Part shown: one piece after another, positions 1 through 10,555 of the stretch | How positions within the stretch are numbered: position 1 is the stretch's first letter | How the letters are laid out: each line of letters starts with the position of its first letter | Source of the DNA: a virus | Taxonomy: Duplodnaviria > Caudoviricetes | DNA length: 64,000 nt | Virus record (IMG/VR): IMGVR_UViG_3300003316_000307 | Strand: one strand, 5' to 3' | Program-made: the position numbers and the translations under genes | Notes under the pieces: model-generated | The model's database searches: none | What the model saw: only the letters and a program-made list of their open reading frames with translations | Told to the model about the DNA's origin: nothing

Positions 1-1182
1 TATATACCAGATAATGTTGATAGTGGATTAACTTTCACGATTATTCGCGGTTCAGGTGCAGGTATAGTTAATCATATACCAACAGGTACTAGTGTATTTA
101 ATACAATTAATAATGCAACAGACATTCAAGTTGAAAATGGTGCAGCTACATGGCAATATATTGGTAACAGTAACTGGTATGGATTTGGTGCATTAGGAGC
201 TAGTAGTAGTGGTTCTACAGTAACAGCAAATAATGGTTTAACTAAAGTAGGTGATAATATAAGATTAGGTGGAACATTAACGGGTAGTACAACTATAGAA
301 GGTGGTAATGCTAGTGGTTTATTTTTAGTCAATTTTGATTCTTTTAATATTACTACTACTGGTGCGAGTTTATATATTGGTAATGGTTTTACTGAAAACA
401 TTAGTACTAATGAGGGACTACTTAATCTTGTAGCAGGTGATGGTGTAACAATAACTAGTACAAATGGAGCTGGTTCAAGTTGGGTTGTAGCACCTCAAGG
501 TGCTATTTCTGGTGGTGAAAGTTTATTGATTGAATATCCAGATATAAACATATCTGCAGATAACTTTTGTAAAATTGGAAATCAAACCAATAACAACGCT
601 ATTCATCAATCAATATCAGGAACTAACATCACAGTATTTACTGGTTCAAGCAGCACATTTAGCATTAAAAATGGATTGAATACAATATTTAGTATTAATG
701 AATCTGGTGGTACGTCTTTAAATCTTGGAAGTGATGCAACTAATGATATTTTTTATAGAAAAAGTAATGGTAATCTAGGTAGACTTGCTGTTGGTACAGG
801 TGATACTGTGATGATGTTAAATAGTGCAGGTACATCATTACAATATTCAAAAGTAGGAACAAATAATATTGCCAATAATGCCGTTACCTATGGTAAGATG
901 CAAAATACTACTGGCGGTACATCTATTCTTGGTCGTAGTCCAAATAGTGCTGGACCATTAGCAGAGATAGCTGCAAGTACAAATGGACATGTATTAAAAC
1001 GATCTGGAAATTCGTTGGTTTTCGGTCTTGTTGAAACAGTATCGTTTACTGTAAGCACTTTACCTAGTGCAGGTACAGCCGGGCAGATGATTTATGTTAG
1101 TAATGAATCTGGTGGTGCAGTAATAGCATTTTCAGATGGAACCAATTGGAGACGTGTAACTGATAGAGCAATTGTGTCATGA
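1..1182 (+). CDS. Tail fibre / virion adhesin-like protein, 5'-partial (begins before window)
   Basis: Frame 1 is open from base 1 (YIPDNVDSGLTF...) into the 526..1182 ORF. Gly/Ser/Thr-rich; ANNGLTKVGDNIRLGGTLTG repeat shared with 4730..7945; C-terminal TLPSA...IYVSN...AFSDGTNW tip typical of phage fibre proteins. Confidence 0.7.
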   Translation, partial: YIPDNVDSGLTFTIIRGSGAGIVNHIPTGTSVFNTINNATDIQVENGAATWQYIGNSNWYGFGALGASSSGSTVTANNGLTKVGDNIRLGGTLTGSTTIEGGNASGLFLVNFDSFNITTTGASLYIGNGFTENISTNEGLLNLVAGDGVTITSTNGAGSSWVVAPQGAISGGESLLIEYPDINISADNFCKIGNQTNNNAIHQSISGTNITVFTGSSSTFSIKNGLNTIFSINESGGTSLNLGSDATNDIFYRKSNGNLGRLAVGTGDTVMMLNSAGTSLQYSKVGTNNIANNAVTYGKMQNTTGGTSILGRSPNSAGPLAEIAASTNGHVLKRSGNSLVFGLVETVSFTVSTLPSAGTAGQMIYVSNESGGAVIAFSDGTNWRRVTDRAIVS

Positions 1183-2174
1183 TGAAATTTGGAATAATAC
1201 AATTTGGGAAAAATTTTCAAATTTCTACAGTTATTAATCAACGACCAGTAGCAAATAATATATTATTATCAAAGAGTGGTAGTACTTACAATGTTACATG
1301 GGATTATTTTGATTTTGAAAATAATATTGAAGATGCTCCATTACCAATATCAGTATGTTCATATAATGGTATACTTGCAGTTAATCAAACTTTAACTGGT
1401 TCACATACATATAATCAAGTTAATGGAACAATTGAAGGTAATACAAAATATAAATGGTATAGAGCAGATGATAATTCTGGTACTAATGAAATATTAATTG
1501 GTACTAATCAAAATTATACATTAACATCATCTGAATTGAATAAATTCATTAAATATGAAGTAATACCAGTAACAATTGGTGGTACTACAGGAAATAGTAT
1601 AACTACATCGTACTCAACTAGTCCTGTAACAGCAGGTTTGGTTCAAAGAAAAATATTAATAAGTTTTGGTCCATCAACAAAACCATTAGTTACTGGTTTT
1701 ATAGATACTTGGAACCATGCACATACTGATAATCCTGATCAAACATATAAATTATTAAATCTTAAACGTAGTGATGGTACTACAACAAGTATAGGTCTTA
1801 AAGTTGATTTAGCAATGACAGATAATCCTAGTGGAGTAAACACTGGAAATAATAGTGGTGTTTTTCCTGATAATGCTATGAAACAAATATGGTATAGTAC
1901 AGGAACCAGAGGATTTTCATTAACTGGTTTATCAAATACTACACAATATAATGCTCGTATATTGGCTGGTACTTCAACGGCAGGAGTAAATCAATCAATA
2001 ATGACATTTGCTGGAGAACAAAACTCATTATTAGATTGTCATAATAATACAAGTACAACACTTAATTGGACAGGAAAATATCCAACAAGTGGATCAATTG
2101 CAGTTAGAGTTATTGATGGAACAGGGATAAGTCCAATAAACTGTATGGAATTAACTTGGCTTGAATTACCATAA
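1179..2174 (+). CDS. Virion protein with Ig-like (AIR9/A9-type) domain and C-terminal beta-sandwich
   Basis: EGNTKYKWYRAD...YTLTSSELNKFIKYEVIPV matches the A9-type Ig pattern; ATGA overlap with upstream stop. Confidence 0.6.
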   Translation: MMKFGIIQFGKNFQISTVINQRPVANNILLSKSGSTYNVTWDYFDFENNIEDAPLPISVCSYNGILAVNQTLTGSHTYNQVNGTIEGNTKYKWYRADDNSGTNEILIGTNQNYTLTSSELNKFIKYEVIPVTIGGTTGNSITTSYSTSPVTAGLVQRKILISFGPSTKPLVTGFIDTWNHAHTDNPDQTYKLLNLKRSDGTTTSIGLKVDLAMTDNPSGVNTGNNSGVFPDNAMKQIWYSTGTRGFSLTGLSNTTQYNARILAGTSTAGVNQSIMTFAGEQNSLLDCHNNTSTTLNWTGKYPTSGSIAVRVIDGTGISPINCMELTWLELP

Positions 2175-2203
2175 AAATAATTTTTAAATAAATTTTTTAA
2201 TAG

Positions 2204-4135
2204 GTGGCTACAACATATTTTTATAATAAAGGATTTACTATTGATGGTGTAAATAAAGTTACATATGAAGAAAATGAACGACTTCAATTTCGTCTTAATT
2301 ATTTATTAAATAAATATAGGCAAGTTAATTGGGAATTTATCAATTCTAATACTAATGAAATAATTGCAACAAGTAACGAAATAAACCCTTTGTTGACTTT
2401 TAATTTTGCTGATGGTATAAATGGTATTGATGTACGTCTTACAATTGATTTTGGTATACATAGAACTTTATTTTATAAAAGAAGACGTATTATGATAGTT
2501 CCAGACACTTCAACTGCAGTTTGGAGTATATCAAATTTAACATCTCCACCAACTTATCAAGGACATAGTTTAGTTACAGCATTTGGTAGTCAACATACAA
2601 TTGATGGTAAATATTTTAGACCGGGTGATATAATTCATATTACCGGAAATTTATCTTCTGAAAGAATAAGATTTATAAATTTTAATGGTGTAAGTGGTAA
2701 TCCAATTATTATTACAACCAATAATGATACACAAAGATTAATAACAAAAAGTAATACAACACAAGATGATGTTTTTCAAATAAGAGATAATTGTAATCAT
2801 TTGTGGTTTTATGGAAAAAAAGATATTAATGGTAATAGAAGTATTAAACTAATTGATGGTGGATTTTCAGCACAATTGTTTAATGGTATGGCTAATTGTT
2901 GTAATGATATACGTGTGTTTGGTTTAGAAACATATAATGCTAAATCTACTGGTATTAAAATGAAATTAGATGCAGTAAATCGTCATACAGGTGCATTTGA
3001 TGATTGTTTTGTCTTTGATTGTTTAGTTCAGAAATCAGGAAATGAAGGATTTTATGAAGGCTATTTTCAATATAATTGGGATTCAGGTTTTAATGGTGGT
3101 GATTATCATCATGTAATGAAAAGATTAAAAGTATTTGCAAATATTGCCAGAGATTGTAAATGGGATGGAATACAAGTATCATCCTGCAATGAAGATACTG
3201 AAGTAGCTTATAATGTTAGCATTAATAATGCAAGTATATCTGACAATAATCAGAATTTTGAAATAGTATTAAATAGTGGTTTTGCTGGTCAATGTTATGG
3301 TAATGTAATAATTAATACAATAACAAAAGGAGGTTTACAATTATTAGCAAATAAAAATGCTTATGTATATAATAATCTTATTTATTGTCCTTTAGCTCAA
3401 AATGGTATCTTCTTGCATAGAACAGATAACCCCAATTTTTTAGGTCCAAATGGTGATTCATATTTACACAATGATCCAACTGCAAAAATTTATATTTTTA
3501 ATAATACAATAGTTTCATTACAAGATACATTATATATGTTAAATGAAAAACCAAATAATGTTGGACTTGTACCTGTATCTGCATTAACATTTATTAATAA
3601 TGCTGTTTATTATGGTGGTGGAGCAATAGAAGGACAATTGAGATATAATGAACCTACTGGATTTAGTCAAACTATAGTAGTTAATAATTATGTTTCTACA
3701 ACATTAAATGGTCTTGGTGTAAATGTTAGTACTGGAACATCAACCTGTGATTTTGCTAATAATTCTGTTGTTCCTACAACACTAGGAATTGATTTGAGTA
3801 ACTACATTGATGTAACAAAATTAAAATTACCAATTTTTACAGATATCAATGATCAATATATTCCAATTAAAGGAATATGGCATCCCGGTCATAGTTCAAG
3901 AATAAAAGATCATGAAATTATAAATGAACCAGATATAACAAAAACAATGATTCAATGGTATCAAACTAATGATGTTACTAGAGTTAAAATACCTGAAGCA
4001 TATGGTTTTGAATTTAAAACTTATAAATTAATTGATAATTCATCATTAAATAAAAAAATTGCTAGTATAAAACCAATTGCAAAAAATGGAAATAAAATTG
4101 GAAATGAAAAATTTTCAGACAATTCTATTAATTGA
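2204..4135 (+). CDS. Right-handed parallel beta-helix (pectin-lyase-like) protein, candidate tailspike/depolymerase
   Basis: Asn/Gly ladder repeats (NEGFYEG, WDGIQVS, VYNNLIY, IFNNTIV); GTG start. Confidence 0.6.
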   Translation: MATTYFYNKGFTIDGVNKVTYEENERLQFRLNYLLNKYRQVNWEFINSNTNEIIATSNEINPLLTFNFADGINGIDVRLTIDFGIHRTLFYKRRRIMIVPDTSTAVWSISNLTSPPTYQGHSLVTAFGSQHTIDGKYFRPGDIIHITGNLSSERIRFINFNGVSGNPIIITTNNDTQRLITKSNTTQDDVFQIRDNCNHLWFYGKKDINGNRSIKLIDGGFSAQLFNGMANCCNDIRVFGLETYNAKSTGIKMKLDAVNRHTGAFDDCFVFDCLVQKSGNEGFYEGYFQYNWDSGFNGGDYHHVMKRLKVFANIARDCKWDGIQVSSCNEDTEVAYNVSINNASISDNNQNFEIVLNSGFAGQCYGNVIINTITKGGLQLLANKNAYVYNNLIYCPLAQNGIFLHRTDNPNFLGPNGDSYLHNDPTAKIYIFNNTIVSLQDTLYMLNEKPNNVGLVPVSALTFINNAVYYGGGAIEGQLRYNEPTGFSQTIVVNNYVSTTLNGLGVNVSTGTSTCDFANNSVVPTTLGIDLSNYIDVTKLKLPIFTDINDQYIPIKGIWHPGHSSRIKDHEIINEPDITKTMIQWYQTNDVTRVKIPEAYGFEFKTYKLIDNSSLNKKIASIKPIAKNGNKIGNEKFSDNSIN

Positions 4136-4161
4136 ATAGTATTTATAAAAAAATTTGAAAT

Positions 4162-4443
4162 ATGGAATATGATATAACAAATTTTGGTGGAAATAGAATT
4201 GATTCAATACCTGTAGAATACACAAAATTTAATAATAGTGATGAACCATCAAGAATTGATGAGATAAGTGATACATTATTATATATTGGATATACTAGAG
4301 CATCAATTGCTGATGAAAATGCACCTATTTGGAAAATAAAAAGAGTATCTAAAATAGGTAGTATTTGGACAATAGCATATGCAACTGGAACTGATTTATA
4401 TTCTAATATTTGGACAAATAGATTAACAATAACATATAATTAA
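4162..4443 (+). CDS. Small conserved virion-associated protein, paralog 1
   Basis: YIG...WKIKR...YA.G...NIW.NR..TY motif shared with next gene; late motif upstream. Confidence 0.6.
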   Translation: MEYDITNFGGNRIDSIPVEYTKFNNSDEPSRIDEISDTLLYIGYTRASIADENAPIWKIKRVSKIGSIWTIAYATGTDLYSNIWTNRLTITYN

Positions 4444-4449
4444 ATTATT

Positions 4450-4725
4450 ATGGATTTAAATAATAACATTACACATTCAGTAATAGAATATTATCCTAAT
4501 CAACAATCTTTGACTCAAGATCAAACAGGTGGATGGATAAGAAAATATACCTCTGGTTCAGATACTTATTTTGGTTTTGCTAATTTAGGTTCTGATCCTG
4601 CTGCTGCAGTTTGGAAAATTAGAAAAGAAACACTTACTGCAGGAGAAACTGTTGTTAAATATGCAGATGGTGATTTAAATTTTGACAATATATGGAATAA
4701 TAGAGCTAGTTTAACATATAAATAA
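4450..4725 (+). CDS. Small conserved virion-associated protein, paralog 2
   Basis: YFG...WKIRK...YADG...NIWNNRASLTY. Confidence 0.6.
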   Translation: MDLNNNITHSVIEYYPNQQSLTQDQTGGWIRKYTSGSDTYFGFANLGSDPAAAVWKIRKETLTAGETVVKYADGDLNFDNIWNNRASLTYK

Positions 4726-4729
4726 TTTT

Positions 4730-7700
4730 GTGCCATTAGCAATTGATAAATTAACAGGAAAAGTATATTTATTTGATTTTCCTACAACAAGTGGAACTAC
4801 TAGTGGTGGAACATATCAACAAGTAAATACATATAATGATTTACCAACTCCCGGTTTACATGTTGGTAAAATTTTTGTTGTTTTAGTTTCAACAGGTAGT
4901 TTTCTTTTAAATAGAAAAGAAGCTGGTTTATATATATCAAATGGTGTTAGTTGGAAAAGACTTGGTGATATACCATCATTTTTTAATGATAACAATTTTA
5001 GATTATTTAATGATAATGACAATACAAAACAGATAAAATTTCAATTATCTGGAAATACTACTAATGTTACACATAATATCATAATAAGAAATGATAATGA
5101 TGAAACTATAGCATATTTAAGTGATTTAGATTTATTTAAAGATGAAATTAATGCTTATACTGGAGCAACAGATATAATAATAAATGATATTTATGATAAT
5201 ATTAATTATATTTCTGGTGTTACAGAAACTAAATTAAATATTACATCATTTAATTCTTATACTGCATCTACTGAAAATATATTAGATGATTTAAATGAGG
5301 ATATAATATATTTATCTGGTCAAACTGATAATAAGTTAAACAAAAATATTTTTAATTTATATACTGGAACCACTGCCCCATCAACTTATGTTTTAAAAAC
5401 AACATTTTCTAATTTTACAGGTAATACTGCGATACAAAGTGCAAATAATGGTTTAAATAAAATTGGAACAAATGTTAGATTAGGTGGTACATTAAGTGGT
5501 AATACATTAATTACAACTGCTTCTGGATCAAAATTAGAAATAGCAGGATTTCCAATTAATTATACAACAGATTTATCTGCTAATTTTACTTCAAAATCAT
5601 TAGTTGATAAGGGATATGTAACTGGCATAACAACAACCTTAACAACTACAGCGAATAATGGAATAACAAAATCTGGTCAAAATTTCAGACTTGGAGGAAC
5701 ATTGACTGGTAATACTACAATATTAAATAATAATAGTGATTTTAATATTAATTATGTTGATTATATACCGTCCAGTAGTCAGCCAACATATAAGGAAGGA
5801 CGTGTTTTTTATGAAACAACTACACACACTTTTTGTTATTATGATCAATTTTCTGGTACAACGGTAAATATTGGTTATGAAAATTTGATACGTGTAAGAA
5901 ATAATACTGGATCACAGATTAATAATGGTCAAGCAGTCTATATTTCAGGTGCAATTGGACAAACAGTAACAATTGCATTAGCACAGGCCAATGATGAATC
6001 AATAATTGAAAAAACAATTGGTTTAGCGACACATGATATACCAAATAATAGTTTTGGAAAAGTATGTGTTTTTGGTTTAGTTAATGATATTAATACTAGT
6101 TCATATAATGAAGGTGATAGATTATATGTATCGGCAACAGTTGCAGGTGGATTAACATCAACACCACCAGTAAGTGCAAATGCAGTAAAAAGAATTGGTA
6201 TTGTTCAATATAGTCATATAGTTAATGGTAAAATTTTAGTTAGTCCGGGAAGTAGTTTAGATAATGATAATAGTTTAGGTACTAATCAAGAAATAGGTGC
6301 AACACAAAATGCAGTAAAAAGTTATGTTGATAATTCAATTGGAGTAGTCTATTCTAATGAAACTGGTGCAGTAAAATCTGTAGAAAGTAATATCGACATT
6401 GTTGGTACAGGACAAATTATTGTTACCAATGGCAGCAGTGTTTTATCAGGTATTAGTACAACCTTTACCGATTCAACATCTGGAATTGGTGTTGGATATT
6501 GGTTTCAAGTATGGTTTAGAGATTCTGCAAATACTTTATTTAGAATAGTGCTTGCAAGTATTACTAATAATACTACAGCAACTATATCTGCTGTTTACAA
6601 TACAAATGATATACGTAATGGTCAGCAGTCCAATCAAGGTGCCAATTATAATGGAGTTAGTGGTACATATAGCTATTATGTTGTTCGGAATGTTGCTGAA
6701 GATTTATTCAGCCTTGCATTTGGTAATAATACATATGCTAGAAATTTTGGTTTAGCCATTGGTGGTAGTGTATCTGCTACTGGTCAAACATCATTTGCAT
6801 CAGGCAGATTTACATTAGCGGGTGGTGACCAATCATTCACACAAGGTAACTTGACAAAAGCAAGCGGTAATAGAAGTTTTGCTGGTGGTTTTGGTAATAT
6901 TACTGGTGGTGATAAACGAGTATTAGCATCAGGTTTACAGGCTTTCAATTTCTCTGAAAACAATTCATCTCAAACTGTTGGACATGGTGCTTTGGCTCAA
7001 GATTCAGCAATATTAGGTGGATTGAATCACAATATTCCTTCAAATAGTTTACGTTGTGCCATTATTGGTGGTAACTTAATCAAAGCCGTTGCTGCTGTTA
7101 ATGATACAGTATATTTACCCTTAGTAAGAATAGGACAAGGTACAGGTGGTGCATTGACATCTGGTAGTACTAGTAATGATTTATTGGTACGTAATATTGG
7201 TGGTATAATTCAAACAAGAACTGTCACATCTGTTTTAGCAAATTTAACTGCTAATAATGGTATTGTTAGATCAGTTAATAATTTTAGATTAGGGGGTAGC
7301 TTAACTGGTTCAACAACAATAGATGCTACTACTTTTGGTTTTATACAAACTGGTACAACAGGACAATTTAATGTTGGTAGAACTACCGGTTCAATTAATT
7401 TACAATCAAGAAATTCAGTTACACTTAAAGGATTTTCAACTGCAGGAATAGAAAGAACATCATTAAAAATATCTGCTACTGGTACAACATTTACTGATAG
7501 TAGAACAGGTACTACTGCAGTTGGTATGCAATATACATCAAATTATGGTAGCAATTTTGGTGTACGTTCAATAGTTGACAAAGGTTGGGTGACTGGTTAT
7601 ACACAATTATATAAATATAATTCAGGATCAGCACCAACATTAGTAACTGCAACTAAAACATTTGTTGGACAAGCAACAACAAATTCTTCTGGTGTAGCAA

Positions 7701-7945
7701 CATTCAATATAACACAAAATGGAACAGCAACAGGTACTTCCATATTTTCAACAATTTATAATGTTCAAGTAACTGCAGAAAATAATACTAGTTCGTTAAC
7801 AGATGTCCCATTAGCATCATATAAAACTACAACAACATTACAAGTTTTAACTGTTAATGTTGTAAATAGTGGAACTAGTACTGCTGAAGGTTTAGAATTT
7901 GTTGGAGCAGGTATAAATGTTCATGTGCTAATATTTGGTATTTAA
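4730..7945 (+). CDS. Long tail fibre-like protein
   Basis: Three ANNG-x7-RLGG.L.G.T repeats (near 5441, 5651, 7250), YadA-head-like ASG..SFA.G repeats, S/T/G-rich. Confidence 0.7.
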   Translation: MPLAIDKLTGKVYLFDFPTTSGTTSGGTYQQVNTYNDLPTPGLHVGKIFVVLVSTGSFLLNRKEAGLYISNGVSWKRLGDIPSFFNDNNFRLFNDNDNTKQIKFQLSGNTTNVTHNIIIRNDNDETIAYLSDLDLFKDEINAYTGATDIIINDIYDNINYISGVTETKLNITSFNSYTASTENILDDLNEDIIYLSGQTDNKLNKNIFNLYTGTTAPSTYVLKTTFSNFTGNTAIQSANNGLNKIGTNVRLGGTLSGNTLITTASGSKLEIAGFPINYTTDLSANFTSKSLVDKGYVTGITTTLTTTANNGITKSGQNFRLGGTLTGNTTILNNNSDFNINYVDYIPSSSQPTYKEGRVFYETTTHTFCYYDQFSGTTVNIGYENLIRVRNNTGSQINNGQAVYISGAIGQTVTIALAQANDESIIEKTIGLATHDIPNNSFGKVCVFGLVNDINTSSYNEGDRLYVSATVAGGLTSTPPVSANAVKRIGIVQYSHIVNGKILVSPGSSLDNDNSLGTNQEIGATQNAVKSYVDNSIGVVYSNETGAVKSVESNIDIVGTGQIIVTNGSSVLSGISTTFTDSTSGIGVGYWFQVWFRDSANTLFRIVLASITNNTTATISAVYNTNDIRNGQQSNQGANYNGVSGTYSYYVVRNVAEDLFSLAFGNNTYARNFGLAIGGSVSATGQTSFASGRFTLAGGDQSFTQGNLTKASGNRSFAGGFGNITGGDKRVLASGLQAFNFSENNSSQTVGHGALAQDSAILGGLNHNIPSNSLRCAIIGGNLIKAVAAVNDTVYLPLVRIGQGTGGALTSGSTSNDLLVRNIGGIIQTRTVTSVLANLTANNGIVRSVNNFRLGGSLTGSTTIDATTFGFIQTGTTGQFNVGRTTGSINLQSRNSVTLKGFSTAGIERTSLKISATGTTFTDSRTGTTAVGMQYTSNYGSNFGVRSIVDKGWVTGYTQLYKYNSGSAPTLVTATKTFVGQATTNSSGVATFNITQNGTATGTSIFSTIYNVQVTAENNTSSLTDVPLASYKTTTTLQVLTVNVVNSGTSTAEGLEFVGAGINVHVLIFGI

Positions 7946-7958
7946 TTAAAAAACAATT

Positions 7959-8348
7959 ATGAATTTTTTTATTAAGCAAAATAGTACTTATCCAATCCTT
8001 GAGTTTCAGATGACACAAGAATTGATGGAAAAACACAATATTACTGATGAAATGATGGAAAATGTTGGAGTCACATTTTCAATGTATAATTTAGAAGATG
8101 GATTATATAAAATTGCCAATAATGAAGCTACACTTAAAATTGTTGATAATAGTGAATTATTTAATTTAGATGAAACACCATATACATTACAATATTCGTT
8201 TAAAGAACGAGATACAAGACAATCTGGTGTTTTTATTGGAGAATTTAAATTGGATTTTCTTGATTTTTGTGGAAAAATGACTCTCCCTAATGATGAAACA
8301 ATTCAAATAATTATTAATAATTCTATCACAAAAACCACAGTTATTTAA
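7959..8348 (+). CDS. Putative baseplate/fibre attachment (BppU-N-like) structural protein
   Basis: FFIKQNST.P.L...Y.F...DT...G.F.GEF pattern; follows fibre genes. Confidence 0.45.
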   Translation: MNFFIKQNSTYPILEFQMTQELMEKHNITDEMMENVGVTFSMYNLEDGLYKIANNEATLKIVDNSELFNLDETPYTLQYSFKERDTRQSGVFIGEFKLDFLDFCGKMTLPNDETIQIIINNSITKTTVI

Positions 8349-8362
8349 ATTTTTAATTAAAA

Positions 8363-8393
8363 TTGAATATTTCTGATTTTTTATTTATGTTTG
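8363..8393 (+). promoter_or_regulatory. Bacteroidota sigmaA-type promoter (TTG...TATGTTTG)
   Basis: TAnnTTTG at 8386-8393 with TTG about 20 nt upstream, directly before the helicase ATG at 8409. Confidence 0.65.
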
Positions 8394-8408
8394 TCTTTTC
8401 ATAATAAA

Positions 8409-10208
8409 ATGTCAGAAAATACCCAATTGATGATAAAATGTGAAAGAATTGATAATAAATCACATTTTAAACTCATTTTTAATTACAATGCAGATTTGAT
8501 TGCTAAGATCAAAGAACTCCCAAAAACTGATCGCATTTGGGATGGTGATGAAAAAGTATGGCATTTAAGTACAAAATCATTATATCATTTAATTTCTTCA
8601 TATAAAAGAACTGATGGGTTATTTTTTAAATTTAATGATGATGATCGTGCTTATTTTGTAACTCAAATTCAAAAATTGAAAGAAGAAGATGAGGAAGAAA
8701 AACAATTAATTAAAGATATTGAGAAAAAGAATAAAGAAAATTTAAAATATAAAGATTATTTAGAAAAGAATGCTAAATCATTAGAATCTAAAGTTTTATC
8801 TGTACTTAAAGATAGTAATAATTTAAAATTATATCCTCATCAAGTAGTTGGTACTTTATTTTTGGATAAAGTGAAAAATGCATTGATCTCACTAGAGATG
8901 GGCCTAGGTAAAACTGCAATTGCTATTGCACATTGTGAACTTCAAAATTTTAAAAAAGTACTAGTTATTACTCCAAATAGTTTAAAATTTAATTTTTTTG
9001 ATGAAGTTGAAAAATTTTCCTTTTCTAAACCACATATTTTAGGAAATAAAAAAAATTTTTTTTCTGCTGAAGAAGCTAAATATATTATTATTAATTATGA
9101 TTTTTTTAGAAACTCTAATTTTAATGATATTAAAAATAAATTAGAAAAGTATTCAATCATTATTAAAAATTTTGATAGTGTTGTATTTGATGAAAGTCAT
9201 AAATTGAAAAATACAAAAAGTAACACTGTTAAAAACATAAAAAAAATATTAAAATTAGCAAAGCCTGAAAGTAAAGTTTTTTTATCAGGCACACCTACCC
9301 CAAATCGTGCATTTGAGTTGTATTCTGTTATGCATGAAATTGCACCATTGGAATTTCCAACAAAAAAAGATTTTTATTCATTTTGTGGAATGCATTATAA
9401 TATTCATACTGGTTTATGGGAAACAGATTTAAATGAAACAAAATTTGAAGAACTTTTTCATAAAATTTCTCCTCATGTTTATAGAAAACGAAAAGATGAA
9501 GTATTAAAAGATTTACCTGATAAGATTTATCAAAAAATTTCAGTTGAAATGACTGAACGACAAAATAAAGAATATCAGGCATTAGAAGAAAATATTGTTG
9601 TTGATTTTATGGGTCAAAAGATAACTTTTGAACAGAATCCATTAACTAAAATAATTGAATTAAGAAAATATACTGCTAAAGTTAAATTAGAAGTAATTTC
9701 TGAAATATTGGAAACATTAATAGAACAAAAAGAAAAGGTTGTTGTTATTGATGTTTTTAAAGAACCATTATATAATTTATATGAGAAATTTAAAGATGTT
9801 TCAGTAATTCATACTGGTGATCAAAGTGTTGATGAAAGAAATGAATCAAAAAGATTATTTCAAGACCCTAATTCTGAAATTTATTTGTTTTTTGGTTCTG
9901 CACAAACATGTAATGCTGGTTTAACATTAACTGCAGCTAGTAAAATGTTTATATTAACATCCCCATACTCTGTAGGTGATTTTGATCAAATTGCAGATAG
10001 ATTACATCGTATAGGCCAAAAAAATACTGTTTTTATTTATGTACCAATAGTTACTAATAGCATTGATGAAATAGTATTCGATATCATTGAAAGTAAACGT
10101 TCTGAAATTTTACAAGTAATAGATAATGAAGTCTATAAATCTAATGTTAGTGAATCTTTCACTAAGGAACTTTTAACAAAATTAAAAGAAAAACATATTA
10201 ATAAATGA
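8409..10208 (+). CDS. SNF2-family (SMARCAL1/HARP-like) helicase
   Basis: EMGLGKT Walker A, DESH, LSGTP, QIADRLHRIGQ; N-terminal HARP-like FNYNADLIAKIKELP..R.WD...W. Start moved from TTG 8391 (inside promoter) to ATG 8409. Confidence 0.9.
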   Translation: MSENTQLMIKCERIDNKSHFKLIFNYNADLIAKIKELPKTDRIWDGDEKVWHLSTKSLYHLISSYKRTDGLFFKFNDDDRAYFVTQIQKLKEEDEEEKQLIKDIEKKNKENLKYKDYLEKNAKSLESKVLSVLKDSNNLKLYPHQVVGTLFLDKVKNALISLEMGLGKTAIAIAHCELQNFKKVLVITPNSLKFNFFDEVEKFSFSKPHILGNKKNFFSAEEAKYIIINYDFFRNSNFNDIKNKLEKYSIIIKNFDSVVFDESHKLKNTKSNTVKNIKKILKLAKPESKVFLSGTPTPNRAFELYSVMHEIAPLEFPTKKDFYSFCGMHYNIHTGLWETDLNETKFEELFHKISPHVYRKRKDEVLKDLPDKIYQKISVEMTERQNKEYQALEENIVVDFMGQKITFEQNPLTKIIELRKYTAKVKLEVISEILETLIEQKEKVVVIDVFKEPLYNLYEKFKDVSVIHTGDQSVDERNESKRLFQDPNSEIYLFFGSAQTCNAGLTLTAASKMFILTSPYSVGDFDQIADRLHRIGQKNTVFIYVPIVTNSIDEIVFDIIESKRSEILQVIDNEVYKSNVSESFTKELLTKLKEKHINK

Positions 10209-10555
10209 TACCAAATTCGTATAAAAGTATATCTCACATTTTTGAATGTTATGGTTATTACGATTATCTTGATCCAGATATTTTGAATGAAACAAGATTT
10301 GATATTTGTAATTATCTTTTGAGTAAAAAATATTCTGAAACAGATATTAAAAATTATTTGAATGTTAATATTGTTGCAAATAGAAAAAAAGATAAATATA
10401 AATTAATTGCATTTAATATTATTAGTGCATTATGGATGTGTGATGTTTTTCCTAAAAATTTAGAAGTTGTTATGAAGAACAATACATATGAAACAAAAGA
10501 TAAAGTATACACATTTGATAAAAAAAATTATAAGCTTAAAGTCGCATTGAAATGA
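10205..10555 (+). CDS. Hypothetical protein
   Basis: 116-aa ORF translationally coupled to both neighbours. Confidence 0.6.
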   Translation: MIPNSYKSISHIFECYGYYDYLDPDILNETRFDICNYLLSKKYSETDIKNYLNVNIVANRKKDKYKLIAFNIISALWMCDVFPKNLEVVMKNNTYETKDKVYTFDKKNYKLKVALK

